DNA of 64,000 bases, from the NCBI GenBank assembly GCA_965197645.1, contig OZ240219.1:2016001-2080000 (forward strand), in the 5' to 3' direction. Below are positions 1 to 9,982 of the stretch, piece by piece (the first letter of the stretch is position 1; the number at the start of each line of letters is the position of its first letter). Below the pieces are notes generated by a model. It was given only the letters and a program-made list of their open reading frames with translations, did no database searches and was not told the DNA's origin. A program made the position numbers and the translations under genes. Source of the stretch: Dehalococcoidia bacterium (GTDB lineage: Bacteria > Chloroflexota > Dehalococcoidia > Plut-88900).

Positions 1-1
1 A

Positions 2-3000
2 GAGCATCCTCTCGTCCGCGGTGCAGATGGCCCCGTCGGCGTCGCAGTCCGTGGTTGCCGGGAGTTCGATGGTCACGTCGGCGGCCGAGTCGGGCGTCAC
101 GGTGATGGTCCACCCGATGTTGCTTCCCTGGGTCAGTCGCTTGGCTTTGTTCACCGTGCCACCCGTGACGCTGAATGCGTGGTCTCGCAGCGTCACGTAG
201 CTGATGCCGAACCCCTCGCTGAAGCGCAGCTCGAAGGTGAAGGCGGTCTGGCCGTCGTGGATGTTTGGTACGTTGCTGAAGCTGGCGGTAAGCGGCGTGG
301 GCTTCGCCGTCACCGCCTTCGTCGCCGCGCTGGTCAGAGATTCTGCATTGCCAGCGTCGTCGGTGAAAGTCACCCGCACCCTGATGGTCTGCCACTGCTC
401 GCTGGAGGTGAGGGTGTAGGTGGAACCGGTGGCCCCGCCGACGTCCGAGCCTCCGGCAATCCACTGGTAGCCGTAGGAAACGTCGTCCAGGCCGTCCTGG
501 TCGGCGATGCCCGACGTTGAGGTGGTGAGGGTCTCGCCCACCTGCAGCGTGCCACCGATGGCCGGGGCGCCCGTGGCCGGGCTATTGCCTTCCGGCACCG
601 CTTCCACCTGGTCCGTCGCCGCGCTGGTCAGGGATTCCCTGTTACCGGAATCGTCGGTGAAAGTCACCTGAACCTGGATGGGTTGCCCCTGCTCGCTGGA
701 CGTGAGCTCGTAACTGGAGCCGGTGGCCCCGTCGATGTCCGACCCGTCGGCGACCCACTGGTAGCCGTAGGAAACGTTCGACAGCCCGTCCTGGTCTGCG
801 ATGCCCGACGTTGACGCCGTCAGGGTCTGTCCCACCTGCGGCATTCCGGTGATGGTGGGAGTTCCCGTGGCATCACGGTTGGGTGCCGCCGCCACCTCTT
901 CGGTCGCATCGCTGCCCAGCGATTCGATGTTGTTCCGGTCGTCGGCGAATCTCACCCTTACCGTTACGGTCTTTCCCTGCTCGCTGGCGGTGAGGGTGTA
1001 GGTGGAGCGGTTGGCCCCGATTATGGTCAGGCCCCCGGCCCTCCACTGGTAGAAGAAGGTGGCGTTGGTTATCCCGTCGAGGTCGGAGATGTTCGAGGTG
1101 TCCGCCGTTAGCGTCTGGCCCACGCGGGCCGTACCGTCGATGGTGGGCTTGCCAGTGGCTTGACGGTTGGGCGCCGCAATCACCGCGCCCGTCGCATCGC
1201 TGGTCAGGGACTCCTGGTTGTCAGCATCGTCGGTGAATGTCACCCGTACCTTGATGGTCTTGCCAACATCATCATCCGTCACCGTGTAGGCCGAGTCCGT
1301 TGCATCCTCTATCTCCGTGTCGGATACCCCGTCGTTCCGGACCCACTGGTAGCTGTAGGAAACATCGTCCAGCCCGTCCTCGTCGGTGATGCCGTTGGTG
1401 AGGGCCGTCAGCGTCTCTCCCACCTGGGCCGTCCCGCCGATGGTGGGCTGGCCCGTGGCCGGGGTGTTCTCGGCTGGCTCAGTCACTCTGACGGCGACCT
1501 CTTTCCCCTCCGGTAAGTTTAGTCCCGGGTCGTTCCACTGGAACTGGATGATGGAGATAGAGTCCCCCTCCAGGGTCGATGCGTCGGTAGAGGCGAATTC
1601 GTCCGTCCCAACCACCAGGACAAAGTCGGCAGTCAGTTTTGGCATCACCGAGAGAATCAGCTTGCCGTTCAGAACCCCCAGGGCCCTGACGGTGTAGCTG
1701 GCGTCGTCCGACGTGATGGTGTCGGGCGAGAGAGCACCCAAAGTGTTGGTTTCCGGCGAAGACAGGAATGTCGTATAGCCGGCAAAATTCTCTCCGATCT
1801 CCACCGTCAAGGTCGCCGCCCATATCGGTTCTTCCTGTGGTATTCCAGAGGCTTCGGCCGAGGTGGGAACGCCAAACACCCAAGGTCGGGCCTGTTTGAT
1901 GGATAGGACGTCGTCGCTGGTGATCTTGAACTCGATCTCCATTGCGAAGGGTTCGTCGGGTCCGGGGTTGTACAGACCCTCGAAATGGTCATGGATATCT
2001 TGGAGATGCCGGCGCAACTGGCCAATTTGAGCATCGCTCATGAGGAGTTGTCCTTTTGGCGCCTGGTTGGAGGTCACCAGGGTGGTGTATGAACCGGACA
2101 GGTCCAGCAGGATCTCCTCGGGCACCGAGTGTGCGTCGGGATTGGTGACCAGGTCCTCGCCGAGTTGCGTGTTGACGTAGTAGCTCCCCTTTGTTCCGTA
2201 GATAGGGTCGAAGCTGACGGCCACGCCGTTGGCCAGCTCGTCCGAGTAGTTGGGATGGACCAGCACCCCCATCGCCGTCGCCAGGTGGTCGATGCGGTGG
2301 AACTCGCGTTCAGTGAAGGCCCGGAAGTTCCACAGGCTGGCCCACACCCCTTTGATGGACTTGTCGATGCCGTCCTCGTCCGTCTCCTCGGGGTCCTGGG
2401 TCTTGGAGTCGTACAGCCCAGCGCCGCTGAAGCCCGGCAGGTCTTCGTTGTTTGTGCTGGACCGGTAGCGCAGGGATTGCCCTTCGGGGTAGCTGGCGTG
2501 CATCTCCTCCAGTGCGTCGATGATCCAGTCGGGCGTCTCCCCATTCTTGATCTTCTTGCGCAGTTTCTTGAGTTCTTTCTCCTGGATGTCATAGCCCGAC
2601 TGGAAGTCCGGGTCTTCCAGCATCTCCTCTACCTCGTCATAGAACCCGTTGTGCTTCATGAACCCGTCGTAGAAGTAGAAGGGCACCGCAAACCCGTCGG
2701 GGACGGTTCCGTCGGGAAAACCCAGGGTCCGCAGCACGGCCACGTTGGCCGCCTTGACGCCGAACGCATTCCAGTCGTCGAAGCCGATGTCGTCCAGGTC
2801 GGTGATCTGGGTGACCGTGAGGTCCCGTTCCGGCGTCTGGGTTCCGTGAGGGCGCGAAGCGGCGAAATAGGCCTCGACTTCGGCGGGAGTGGCGGCGCGG
2901 ATGGAATAGCCGTCCGCCGTGACGCTGTAGTGGACGTATCTGCCGATGAGATCATCGATGTCGCCGTCGTCTAGGGCGTCGCGAATGAAGGCGTTGGGGA

Positions 3001-6000
3001 CACCGTCCTGGACGGCCCGCAGGTTGACGTGGGAGAGCGGTGTCTGGGGTACGGTGGTGATGAGACCAGCGACCCGGGCAAGCTCGTTGGGGATAGTCTC
3101 GTAGATCACCACGTCGCGCGGGTCGGGGCGTTCCTCCAGCGACATGAGCCTGAGGAAACCGTACCCTTCCCCAAGGTTGAGGGGGAGGAATGGAACATCT
3201 GGCAGGATGTCCTCTCTCAACACCACATTGATCCGGGAATCGTCGTAGAGGGCCCGTTCTTTGTGATAGAGCGGCAGGGCTCTCCTCGGCATCGGGTAGT
3301 AGGCAAGGTTGTCATCAAGCAGCGGCATGCTGGCAGCAAGCGCCTCATACGAACGGGCCACATCGCCGAAGGGGTATTCATCCATGGGCTGGAACTGGTA
3401 GCGGTAGACGCCAAGGGAACCATCGGGAGCAATCACATTGGGGTGGTATATGATCTCGCCGCCCATGTACCCCTGTCCCCAGAGGGGGTCCTCCCAGAGA
3501 CCGATTGCATCCCCGAAATCGGGATGTATTCGGTGGGTCTCGGTGTTTATGAAATAGATGCCCATGTTGTCGGCAGACGAGCCGATAATGTAGAACTTGA
3601 CAAACTCCAGGTCCTGGAGATGGCGGTGATAGGGAACGTCTCTGCCCTTGTAGGAAAGCGCCTCAAATGCCTCACGGTCTGGAATGGCCACCGCGCCATC
3701 TCGAAAAGGGACCGCCCTAGCGGGGTTCAGCGGGTTCATCCCCACCGGGTCCCCCAATTCGGTGATGTCGTCGATGCAGTCGTTGTCGATGTCGCCAGGG
3801 TCGGCGATGAGGAACTTTTCAACCCGGTAATGCTCCTTGGGGAGCGGGTACAGCTGCTCGGTCAACGTTGTTGTGCCGTCTTCGCCCAGGGTCACCGAGA
3901 CCGAGAACTCTCGTTCGGAGTCCAGGTCGGGCCGCACGTAGAGCACGAAGTACTCCTCGGTGGTGGACTCGATGATAGCGGGAACGGCTTGTACCTCTAC
4001 CGCCGTTGCCGCCGGGGCCTGATCGCCGACAGTACACGCCACGACTGATACCTTGACCGTCCTCTGACTGGTAAGCGCCTCCAGGCTGCCTCCATCGTCA
4101 TAGAACGACACCCGCACGCTAATGGTCTTGCCAAGGTCAGCCATAGCCAGGGTGTAAGTCGAAGCCGTCGCCCCTTCGATGTCGGAAAAACTGCTCTCGT
4201 GGTGGCTGCGGACCCACTGGAAACTGAACGCGTCATCGTCGAGCCCGTCGGGGTCGTCGATCCCGGACACGACCGCCGTCAGCGATTCGCCGACTTCGAC
4301 GGTGCCGCTGATGACGGGCGCTCCTGTCGCGGCACGGTTGGCGCTCACCCTGAGAATCCTGTCGACACCGGGTTTGTTGGAGGTGGCGATGTACAGAGCC
4401 CCGTCGGGGCCGAGAACCGGGGTCCGCAGCCGGCCCTGGCTGCCGTCGAGCTCCGGAACGACGATCTGACTTACGAAATCGCCCTGTTCGGTGAACTCGA
4501 AGACCCGGAGCGACTTCGTCTTGAGGGTGGCCACCGCGAGTCGCCCTTCCCACTCCCCCCATTGGAGGCCGTCCAGGAAGACGGCCCCGCTGGTTGCCAG
4601 AGTGGGGAATCCCGAGGACCATCTGGCCTGGCGGGCAGATGGGAACTTCGCCAGGTCGGTCATGGGGACGCCGGCCTCGTCGGAATAGTCGTAGAAGGCC
4701 AATGTGCCGTCGTCCGGGATCGGGTCCCAGCCGTAGTTGCCCCCCGGCGCCAGCAGATTGATCTCGTCGTCGTGTTTCGGGCCGTGCTCCACCAGCCACA
4801 TCTGGTCCGTGCCCGGGCGCAGCGCCAGGCCCTGGGGGTTGCGGAATCCGTAGGAGTACACCGGCGAGGAGGCGCCGAACGGATTGCCCGGCGCCCCGGC
4901 GCCCGTCCGCGGGTCGACGCGCAGGACCTTGCCGCCCAGGGACGTCAGGTCCTGCGCGCCCGTTACCACCCGCCCGTCGCCGGTCACGATCCAGAGATAT
5001 CCCTCCGGGCCGAACACCAGCCGGCCTCCCGAGTGCCAAGGGCCCGGACCGATCGGTATGCCCTCCACCAGGGGATCGACGACGCGTGTGGCTTCGTCGT
5101 AGTTCGCGTCGATCGTCCAGGCGATCACCTGCATCTCGCGTCCGGTGTGTCCCTGGAGCGTGTAGAACCGCCGGTTGGTCGTAAAGTCCGGGTCCACGGC
5201 CAGCGCCTGCAGACCGGCGAACCCGTCGACGAGCAGGTCTCCGAGGTCCGCGTCGACCTGCTTGACGGTGCCGTCGGTCAGCCTCGCGTTCAGCACGCCG
5301 GCGCGCTGGGTGAACAACATCGTCCCGTCTGGGGTGAAATCGATGCCCCAGGGGTGGGACAGGCCCCTAACGATTACCGTCACCGTCAGTTCCGGACCCG
5401 GTTCGCGGGCGCCCACGACGGCGGTCGAAACAGCCTGAGCGGACTTGCCGGGGCCGTGCCCGTCGGTGTACGACGCCTCGGCCCTGAGCAGCATCTCTTC
5501 GTCTTCTTCGGTTGGAACGTAGCTGTCTCCTTCGCCGTAGGCCTCGACGCCGGTCCAGGTGGTTCCGTCAGGAGACCTGGCCCAGCTCCACGAAACCGCC
5601 CCGAGGGACGCCGCGGGACCCGAGCCGCCGCCTTCGAGGCCGTCGGGATCGGTCAGCGTGGCGCTGACCACCGTCCCGACCCTGGGTCTCGCCGGAAAGA
5701 GCGAAACGGTTCCGGGCCGGTCCTCCGCCTTGAACGCCTCGACCGCCGCTGTGGCCTCGCTGGTCAGCGTTTCATAGTTGCCGCGGTCGTCGACGAACGC
5801 CACCCGCACCTTGACCCGCTTGCCCAGATCCTCGGCGACGAGCGTGTAGGTGGGCGAGCCGCTCCCGATGTTCGTCTCGGTCGCGCCGTCGATCCGCAAC
5901 CACTGGTACGAGTAGGTCGCGCCTGTCAGCCCGTCGTCGTCCGACACGTCGGAGACCGCCGCGGCGAGCGGCCGCCCCACCCGCGCCGTGCCCGTGACCG

Positions 6001-9000
6001 TCGCCTCGCCGGCGGCCGGGTTGTTGATGAAGGAGCCGCGCACCTCGATCTTGTAGGAAAACGCGTCGGAGGCCCATCCCTGGTCGGCGGCCTGAGAAGA
6101 ATATGTCACGCTTCCGTCCGCGATGGACCACCCCTCCGCGGCTCCTGTGTCTTCGGAGCCGCTCGCCGTTCCACTGACGGCGATGGCGCCGGAACCCGTG
6201 GCGCGGATCCTTTCGACTACCACGAAATAGGTCGTCTCTTTCTCGAGAACCGGGCAGGTCGTCCCCGAGGCTGGAGCGGCAAAGGTGTTCACGCTCCGCT
6301 CCGACAGGCTCGCCGGGGCGATCAGCGTGCAGAGAGCGTCGCCCGGGACGCCGCCGTCGTCCGCGTTGAGCGTCACCTCGAGGTCGGACGGCGCGGACGA
6401 CGTGTCCGAAACTTCGCCGAACCCGATCCCGACGGACGCCAGCGCGTAGCCGGCTCTGCTGGTCCCGGTGGTGAACGCCTGGGCCCTCTTCGCGCCGGCC
6501 GAGCCCAGGTCGTGGCCGGCGCCGCCGGACTGCCCCGTGTTGCCGACCAGCACGGCCGCGGTCTCCGCGTCTTCGACGGAGGGCCGAACGACTCCGCTGA
6601 CGCCATGATAGGTGTAGATCATGTTGTCGTCGGCGTCGACAACGTAGAAGGTCTCCCCGTTCGACCAGATGCCGTAGGCGTGGTCGTTGTCCTCGTGGAG
6701 CGTAAAGTCGAAACCGGCTTCGGTTCCGTCGGACAGTTTCACGCTCGGCACCGAGGCGTCGTTCGAGGCGAACCTGACGCCCCACATCGTCCGCCCGTCG
6801 GTGAAGAGGCCCCTCAGCTGGCCTCTGCCGGGGATCGTCAGCTTCCGGGAGGTGTCCGGCCTCCCGTATTCGTCCTCCGGCGTCTCCGGGTCGTCGAACA
6901 GACGGAAGGCGTGCGCGTGCGACGTGGTGTTTGTGATCCACATGTGACGGCCGTCCGTCGCCATGCCGCGCACGATGAACACTCCCCCGGCGACGTTCAA
7001 ACCCCCGTAGACAAAGTCCCGATCTTCCGCCCGCGTGAAACTCGTCAGATCGTAGCCGAAGACATCTCGGCTGGCGCCGTCAAGGGACTCTTCGGCGACG
7101 TACAGGCGGGGGCCGTGACCGGTGACGTAATGGTCTTCCTGGCCGAGGCTCGGAACGTCCCAGCCGGGGTCCCGGGTCCCGTACTCGTTGACCGCGGTGG
7201 CGGGGTTGTCCCACAGCTTGTAGGCAAAGACCTTCCGGGCGCTGCTGTCGCCGACCCACAGCGTTTCGCCGTCGGACCAGATGCTCTTCGGGTCCGCGTT
7301 CTCCGGATGCAACGCAAAGGGTCCATCCTGGATCCATTCCCTCTGAACTAATGGTCTGCCGATCCACATAAGCATGGCGCTGCCGCGGCCGGCGCGGATG
7401 CCCGACGCTGAACCCCCGGAAGGCAACAGAAAAGCAGCGGAGTCGATCTCCACCGTGACGGGATGAGACCCGTGCGCACCAACCTCGATAACGTCCGAAT
7501 ATGAACCGCCAGCGGCGATGGTGACTGTCTTGGTGGACAGATCTCCGTTACGGGCCGACAGTTCGATCTGAAGATCGAACGGCGTCGCGCCTTCGGCCAA
7601 TCGGACCATGACCGTGTCGTCTCCCCGACGCTCCAGCTCCGCGGTGAACTTGAAAGGCGAGCCCGGATTGTCGCCCGCGTCAAGAGCCGTCAGCCCCGAC
7701 AGACCTTCGAAGACGCCGACAGGCAGGTCCTTGAGCTCGTTTCCCGAAAGGTCCAGCTCAGTAAGACTCCCGAGGTCGGCGAACACGTCCTCCGGCAGGC
7801 TCTTCAGGTCGTTCCCCGCGAGGGAGAGACTCTGCAGGTCGCCGAGACCGCCGAAGACCCCTTCCGACAGTTCGGGGATCTCGTTGATCGACAGGTCCAG
7901 GCCGCGCAACTCAAGATTGCGGTCGAACACCCCGTCAGGCAGTTCGTCAATGAAGTTGCCCGACAGATAGAGCTCCTCCACCGCCCGGAGGTCTTGGAAG
8001 AGTCCGTCCGGGACCGTCCCGAGGAAGTTTCTGTTCAGGTCCAGGGCGCGCAGCGCGTTCAGGTCCCGGAAATCACCGGCCTGCAGGGCCGACAGTCCTC
8101 TCCCCTGAAGGTACAGCCCGGGCGTGACGTCGGGGCCGAAGTGCTGGGAGCCGGTCCAAGTCCTGAGCCTCGTCTCGGACACCTCCGAGCAGTCGCCGAC
8201 GCCGGTCATCCCGGCGACGATGGCCGCCATCACCGAAGGCGTCCGGTCGCAGATGCCGGGGGCGCCGACCCGACCCGTCGGCTCGCTGGTAAGCGACTCT
8301 TGGTTGCCGGCGCCGTCGGTGAAGGACACCCTGACCTTGACGGTCCTGTCCCGGTCACCGGAGACGATGGTGTAGGTCGAATCGGTAGCGCCCGCGATGT
8401 CAGTGTCGGCGTTCCCGTCGTTCGAAATCCATTGATATTCGAAGCTGGCGGCGTCCAGCCCGTCCGCGTCGACGATGGAGCGGGTGCCCGCCGCCAGCGT
8501 CTCGTCCACTCGGACCGCGCCGGTTATCGTCGGCGCTCCCGTCGCAGGATTGTTCCAGTCGTATGCGTAGAGCTTAGCGTCGTCGCGGGACGCGACCCAC
8601 ATCGTGGACCCGGCCGACCAGATGTCCTCGTAAGATTCATCGTCGGCGTCCAACGCGAAGTCCTTGCTGCCGTCCCAGCTCCGGTCCGACATCCGGTAGG
8701 CGTACAGCTTGGCGTCCCGCCAGTCCGAAACCCACATCGTGGATCCGTTCGACCAGACGCCCATAGGAGAGTCGTGGCCGGGGGCCAGCGTGATGTCCTT
8801 CTCGAAGTCCCAGGCCCTGGTCGACAGGTCGTAGGCGAACACCGTGTCGTTGCCGGTGTCCGCCACCCACATGGTGATCCCGTCCGACCAGATGCCCTCG
8901 GGAAATTTGTTGCCGGCTGCAGAAAGCGTGTTGAAGTCCTTGCCCGAGTCCCGGCTCCGGTCGGACATCCGGTAGGCGTACAGCTTGGCGTCGGTGAAGT

Positions 9001-9322
9001 CCGACGCCCACATGGTTGTCCCGTCCGACCAGATGCCCACCGGAGAGCCGTTGGCGGCGTCCAGAGTGAAATCCTTGCCCGAATCCCGGCTCCGGTCCGA
9101 CATACGGTAGGCGTACAGCTTGTGATCCTCGAAGTCCGCGACCCACATGGTGGTCCCGTCCGACCAGATGCCGGTCGGATAGCCGTTGGCGGCGCCCAGA
9201 GTGAAATCGCTGCCGGAGTCCCGGCTCTGGGCCTGGACCTCAGGAGTGAGAAGCAGGGCGCCGAAGACCGCGAGTGCGATGAGCAGCAGCGGGAGCGGCG
9301 CCAGACGCCGGAATGAGATCAT
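2..9322 (-). CDS. Giant secreted multidomain protein, >=3107 aa, 3'-partial: beta-propeller repeats, LRR, PQQ-type aldose sugar dehydrogenase (GSDH) domain, water-dikinase-like module, 7 Ig-like repeats
   Basis: Manual translation from ATG at 9322 (MISFRRLAPLPLLLIALAVFGALLLTPEVQAQ, signal peptide). The frame at 9322 equals the frame at the window edge (...ICTADERML), and no in-frame ORF appears in the track, consistent with no stop inside the window. Motifs: GIWSDGTTMWV repeats (~8560-9230 and ~6610-7320); LRR LxxLxLxxNxLxxLPxGVF (~7670-8120); GSDH motifs HSGGRLVFGPEGYLW, YGFRNPQGL, EHGPKHDDEINL, GGNYGW (~4350-5390); LSHVNLRA and RSSTNNEDLPGFSGAGLYDS...KQARP (~1880-4000). Confidence 0.9.
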   Translation of the reverse strand, partial: MISFRRLAPLPLLLIALAVFGALLLTPEVQAQSRDSGSDFTLGAANGYPTGIWSDGTTMWVADFEDHKLYAYRMSDRSRDSGKDFTLDAANGSPVGIWSDGTTMWASDFTDAKLYAYRMSDRSRDSGKDFNTLSAAGNKFPEGIWSDGITMWVADTGNDTVFAYDLSTRAWDFEKDITLAPGHDSPMGVWSNGSTMWVSDWRDAKLYAYRMSDRSWDGSKDFALDADDESYEDIWSAGSTMWVASRDDAKLYAYDWNNPATGAPTITGAVRVDETLAAGTRSIVDADGLDAASFEYQWISNDGNADTDIAGATDSTYTIVSGDRDRTVKVRVSFTDGAGNQESLTSEPTGRVGAPGICDRTPSVMAAIVAGMTGVGDCSEVSETRLRTWTGSQHFGPDVTPGLYLQGRGLSALQAGDFRDLNALRALDLNRNFLGTVPDGLFQDLRAVEELYLSGNFIDELPDGVFDRNLELRGLDLSINEIPELSEGVFGGLGDLQSLSLAGNDLKSLPEDVFADLGSLTELDLSGNELKDLPVGVFEGLSGLTALDAGDNPGSPFKFTAELERRGDDTVMVRLAEGATPFDLQIELSARNGDLSTKTVTIAAGGSYSDVIEVGAHGSHPVTVEIDSAAFLLPSGGSASGIRAGRGSAMLMWIGRPLVQREWIQDGPFALHPENADPKSIWSDGETLWVGDSSARKVFAYKLWDNPATAVNEYGTRDPGWDVPSLGQEDHYVTGHGPRLYVAEESLDGASRDVFGYDLTSFTRAEDRDFVYGGLNVAGGVFIVRGMATDGRHMWITNTTSHAHAFRLFDDPETPEDEYGRPDTSRKLTIPGRGQLRGLFTDGRTMWGVRFASNDASVPSVKLSDGTEAGFDFTLHEDNDHAYGIWSNGETFYVVDADDNMIYTYHGVSGVVRPSVEDAETAAVLVGNTGQSGGAGHDLGSAGAKRAQAFTTGTSRAGYALASVGIGFGEVSDTSSAPSDLEVTLNADDGGVPGDALCTLIAPASLSERSVNTFAAPASGTTCPVLEKETTYFVVVERIRATGSGAIAVSGTASGSEDTGAAEGWSIADGSVTYSSQAADQGWASDAFSYKIEVRGSFINNPAAGEATVTGTARVGRPLAAAVSDVSDDDGLTGATYSYQWLRIDGATETNIGSGSPTYTLVAEDLGKRVKVRVAFVDDRGNYETLTSEATAAVEAFKAEDRPGTVSLFPARPRVGTVVSATLTDPDGLEGGGSGPAASLGAVSWSWARSPDGTTWTGVEAYGEGDSYVPTEEDEEMLLRAEASYTDGHGPGKSAQAVSTAVVGAREPGPELTVTVIVRGLSHPWGIDFTPDGTMLFTQRAGVLNARLTDGTVKQVDADLGDLLVDGFAGLQALAVDPDFTTNRRFYTLQGHTGREMQVIAWTIDANYDEATRVVDPLVEGIPIGPGPWHSGGRLVFGPEGYLWIVTGDGRVVTGAQDLTSLGGKVLRVDPRTGAGAPGNPFGASSPVYSYGFRNPQGLALRPGTDQMWLVEHGPKHDDEINLLAPGGNYGWDPIPDDGTLAFYDYSDEAGVPMTDLAKFPSARQARWSSGFPTLATSGAVFLDGLQWGEWEGRLAVATLKTKSLRVFEFTEQGDFVSQIVVPELDGSQGRLRTPVLGPDGALYIATSNKPGVDRILRVSANRAATGAPVISGTVEVGESLTAVVSGIDDPDGLDDDAFSFQWVRSHHESSFSDIEGATASTYTLAMADLGKTISVRVSFYDDGGSLEALTSQRTVKVSVVACTVGDQAPAATAVEVQAVPAIIESTTEEYFVLYVRPDLDSEREFSVSVTLGEDGTTTLTEQLYPLPKEHYRVEKFLIADPGDIDNDCIDDITELGDPVGMNPLNPARAVPFRDGAVAIPDREAFEALSYKGRDVPYHRHLQDLEFVKFYIIGSSADNMGIYFINTETHRIHPDFGDAIGLWEDPLWGQGYMGGEIIYHPNVIAPDGSLGVYRYQFQPMDEYPFGDVARSYEALAASMPLLDDNLAYYPMPRRALPLYHKERALYDDSRINVVLREDILPDVPFLPLNLGEGYGFLRLMSLEERPDPRDVVIYETIPNELARVAGLITTVPQTPLSHVNLRAVQDGVPNAFIRDALDDGDIDDLIGRYVHYSVTADGYSIRAATPAEVEAYFAASRPHGTQTPERDLTVTQITDLDDIGFDDWNAFGVKAANVAVLRTLGFPDGTVPDGFAVPFYFYDGFMKHNGFYDEVEEMLEDPDFQSGYDIQEKELKKLRKKIKNGETPDWIIDALEEMHASYPEGQSLRYRSSTNNEDLPGFSGAGLYDSKTQDPEETDEDGIDKSIKGVWASLWNFRAFTEREFHRIDHLATAMGVLVHPNYSDELANGVAVSFDPIYGTKGSYYVNTQLGEDLVTNPDAHSVPEEILLDLSGSYTTLVTSNQAPKGQLLMSDAQIGQLRRHLQDIHDHFEGLYNPGPDEPFAMEIEFKITSDDVLSIKQARPWVFGVPTSAEASGIPQEEPIWAATLTVEIGENFAGYTTFLSSPETNTLGALSPDTITSDDASYTVRALGVLNGKLILSVMPKLTADFVLVVGTDEFASTDASTLEGDSISIIQFQWNDPGLNLPEGKEVAVRVTEPAENTPATGQPTIGGTAQVGETLTALTNGITDEDGLDDVSYSYQWVRNDGVSDTEIEDATDSAYTVTDDDVGKTIKVRVTFTDDADNQESLTSDATGAVIAAPNRQATGKPTIDGTARVGQTLTADTSNISDLDGITNATFFYQWRAGGLTIIGANRSTYTLTASEQGKTVTVRVRFADDRNNIESLGSDATEEVAAAPNRDATGTPTITGMPQVGQTLTASTSGIADQDGLSNVSYGYQWVADGSDIDGATGSSYELTSSEQGQPIQVQVTFTDDSGNRESLTSAATDQVEAVPEGNSPATGAPAIGGTLQVGETLTTSTSGIADQDGLDDVSYGYQWIAGGSDVGGATGSTYTLTSSEQWQTIRVRVTFTDDAGNAESLTSAATKAVTAKPTPLTASFSNVPNIHDGQTAFTFELRFSEGFGISYVTLRDHAFSVTGGTVNKAKRLTQGSNIGWTITVTPDSAADVTIELPATTDCDADGAICTADERML

Positions 9323-9596
9323 GACTCACCCCCTGCTAGCCAAGTGAAAGAAGCCGGGAGGGTGAACCTCTGTGCTAGCCCATCGTTGGCGGAAGTCCCC
9401 GGCGCGACCGGTGCAGCGACGGCTCGTGCCGTCCGCCGTCTCAGGTGCATGAACCGATCTGTAGAGCGTCATGTCAATGCTTCCTCTGAACGAGCGGGAT
9501 GAGCGGAGCCTACGGCCCCCCATGCTGTCCCCACGTAGAGTGGCAGCCTGTGATTCCGCCCATCCTGTGAGCCTTCTGGCACGTTTACCCATGAAA

Positions 9597-9641
9597 ACCC
9601 TAGTGCCTCTTCAAGGCTTTGGTAAGTGTCTAATCACACTC
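9597..9641 (-). promoter_or_regulatory. Shared sigma70-type promoter copy 1 (-35 TTACCA / 17 bp / -10 TAGGGT) with overlapping GTG-N8-CAC palindrome
   Basis: -10 at 9597-9602, -35 at 9620-9625, palindrome AAGTGTCTAATCACACTC at 9624-9641. Homologous copies at 15412 and 21541. Confidence 0.65.
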
Positions 9642-9789
9642 TCGGGACGGCAAAAGTGTTAGCTCTGAGAGAGAGAGTGTTTCTGCGACTTTTTCACTCT
9701 TGCCGGCATAAACGAAAGTCAGGCACACGCTACCGGAACGTATCCGGACCGGGAGAGGCCGCTGCTCTCTCCCCCGGCCACCCGCATAC

Positions 9790-9932
9790 GAGCGTGTCTC
9801 AAAAGTACGGATGTCTTGGTCCCAACCGCCCGCCCTCGGAAGGTTTTGTAGCTGGGGGAACATCCCCCAGGCCCCCTGCCAGAGGGAAGGTTCCCTCTGG
9901 ACTCTCTCAAAGCAGGGTTCTGAGACAGGCTC
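9790..9932. mobile_element. 143-bp MITE copy 1
   Basis: Imperfect 15-bp terminal inverted repeats GAGCGTGTCTCAAAA / TTCTGAGACAGGCTC, flanked by a 4-bp direct repeat ATAC. Near-identical copies at 15667 and 51971. Confidence 0.9.
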
Positions 9933-9982
9933 ATACGCGGGCTTTTCTGTTGCCAGAAAGATCTTGCGACTGACTTCCCTCT

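Noticed and set aside
4199-7351. 1050-aa + strand ORF (also 2129-2974, 3029-4048, 7994-9316)
   Set aside because: Antisense shadows of the giant minus-strand gene: Arg/Gly/Val-rich, motif-free, and expected from high-GC codon bias.
8560-9230. Regularly spaced DNA repeats (also 11760-12780 and 33050-34590) that might be a CRISPR array or DGR template
   Set aside because: They are in-frame protein repeats. No constant repeat/unique spacer pattern, cas gene or reverse transcriptase is visible.
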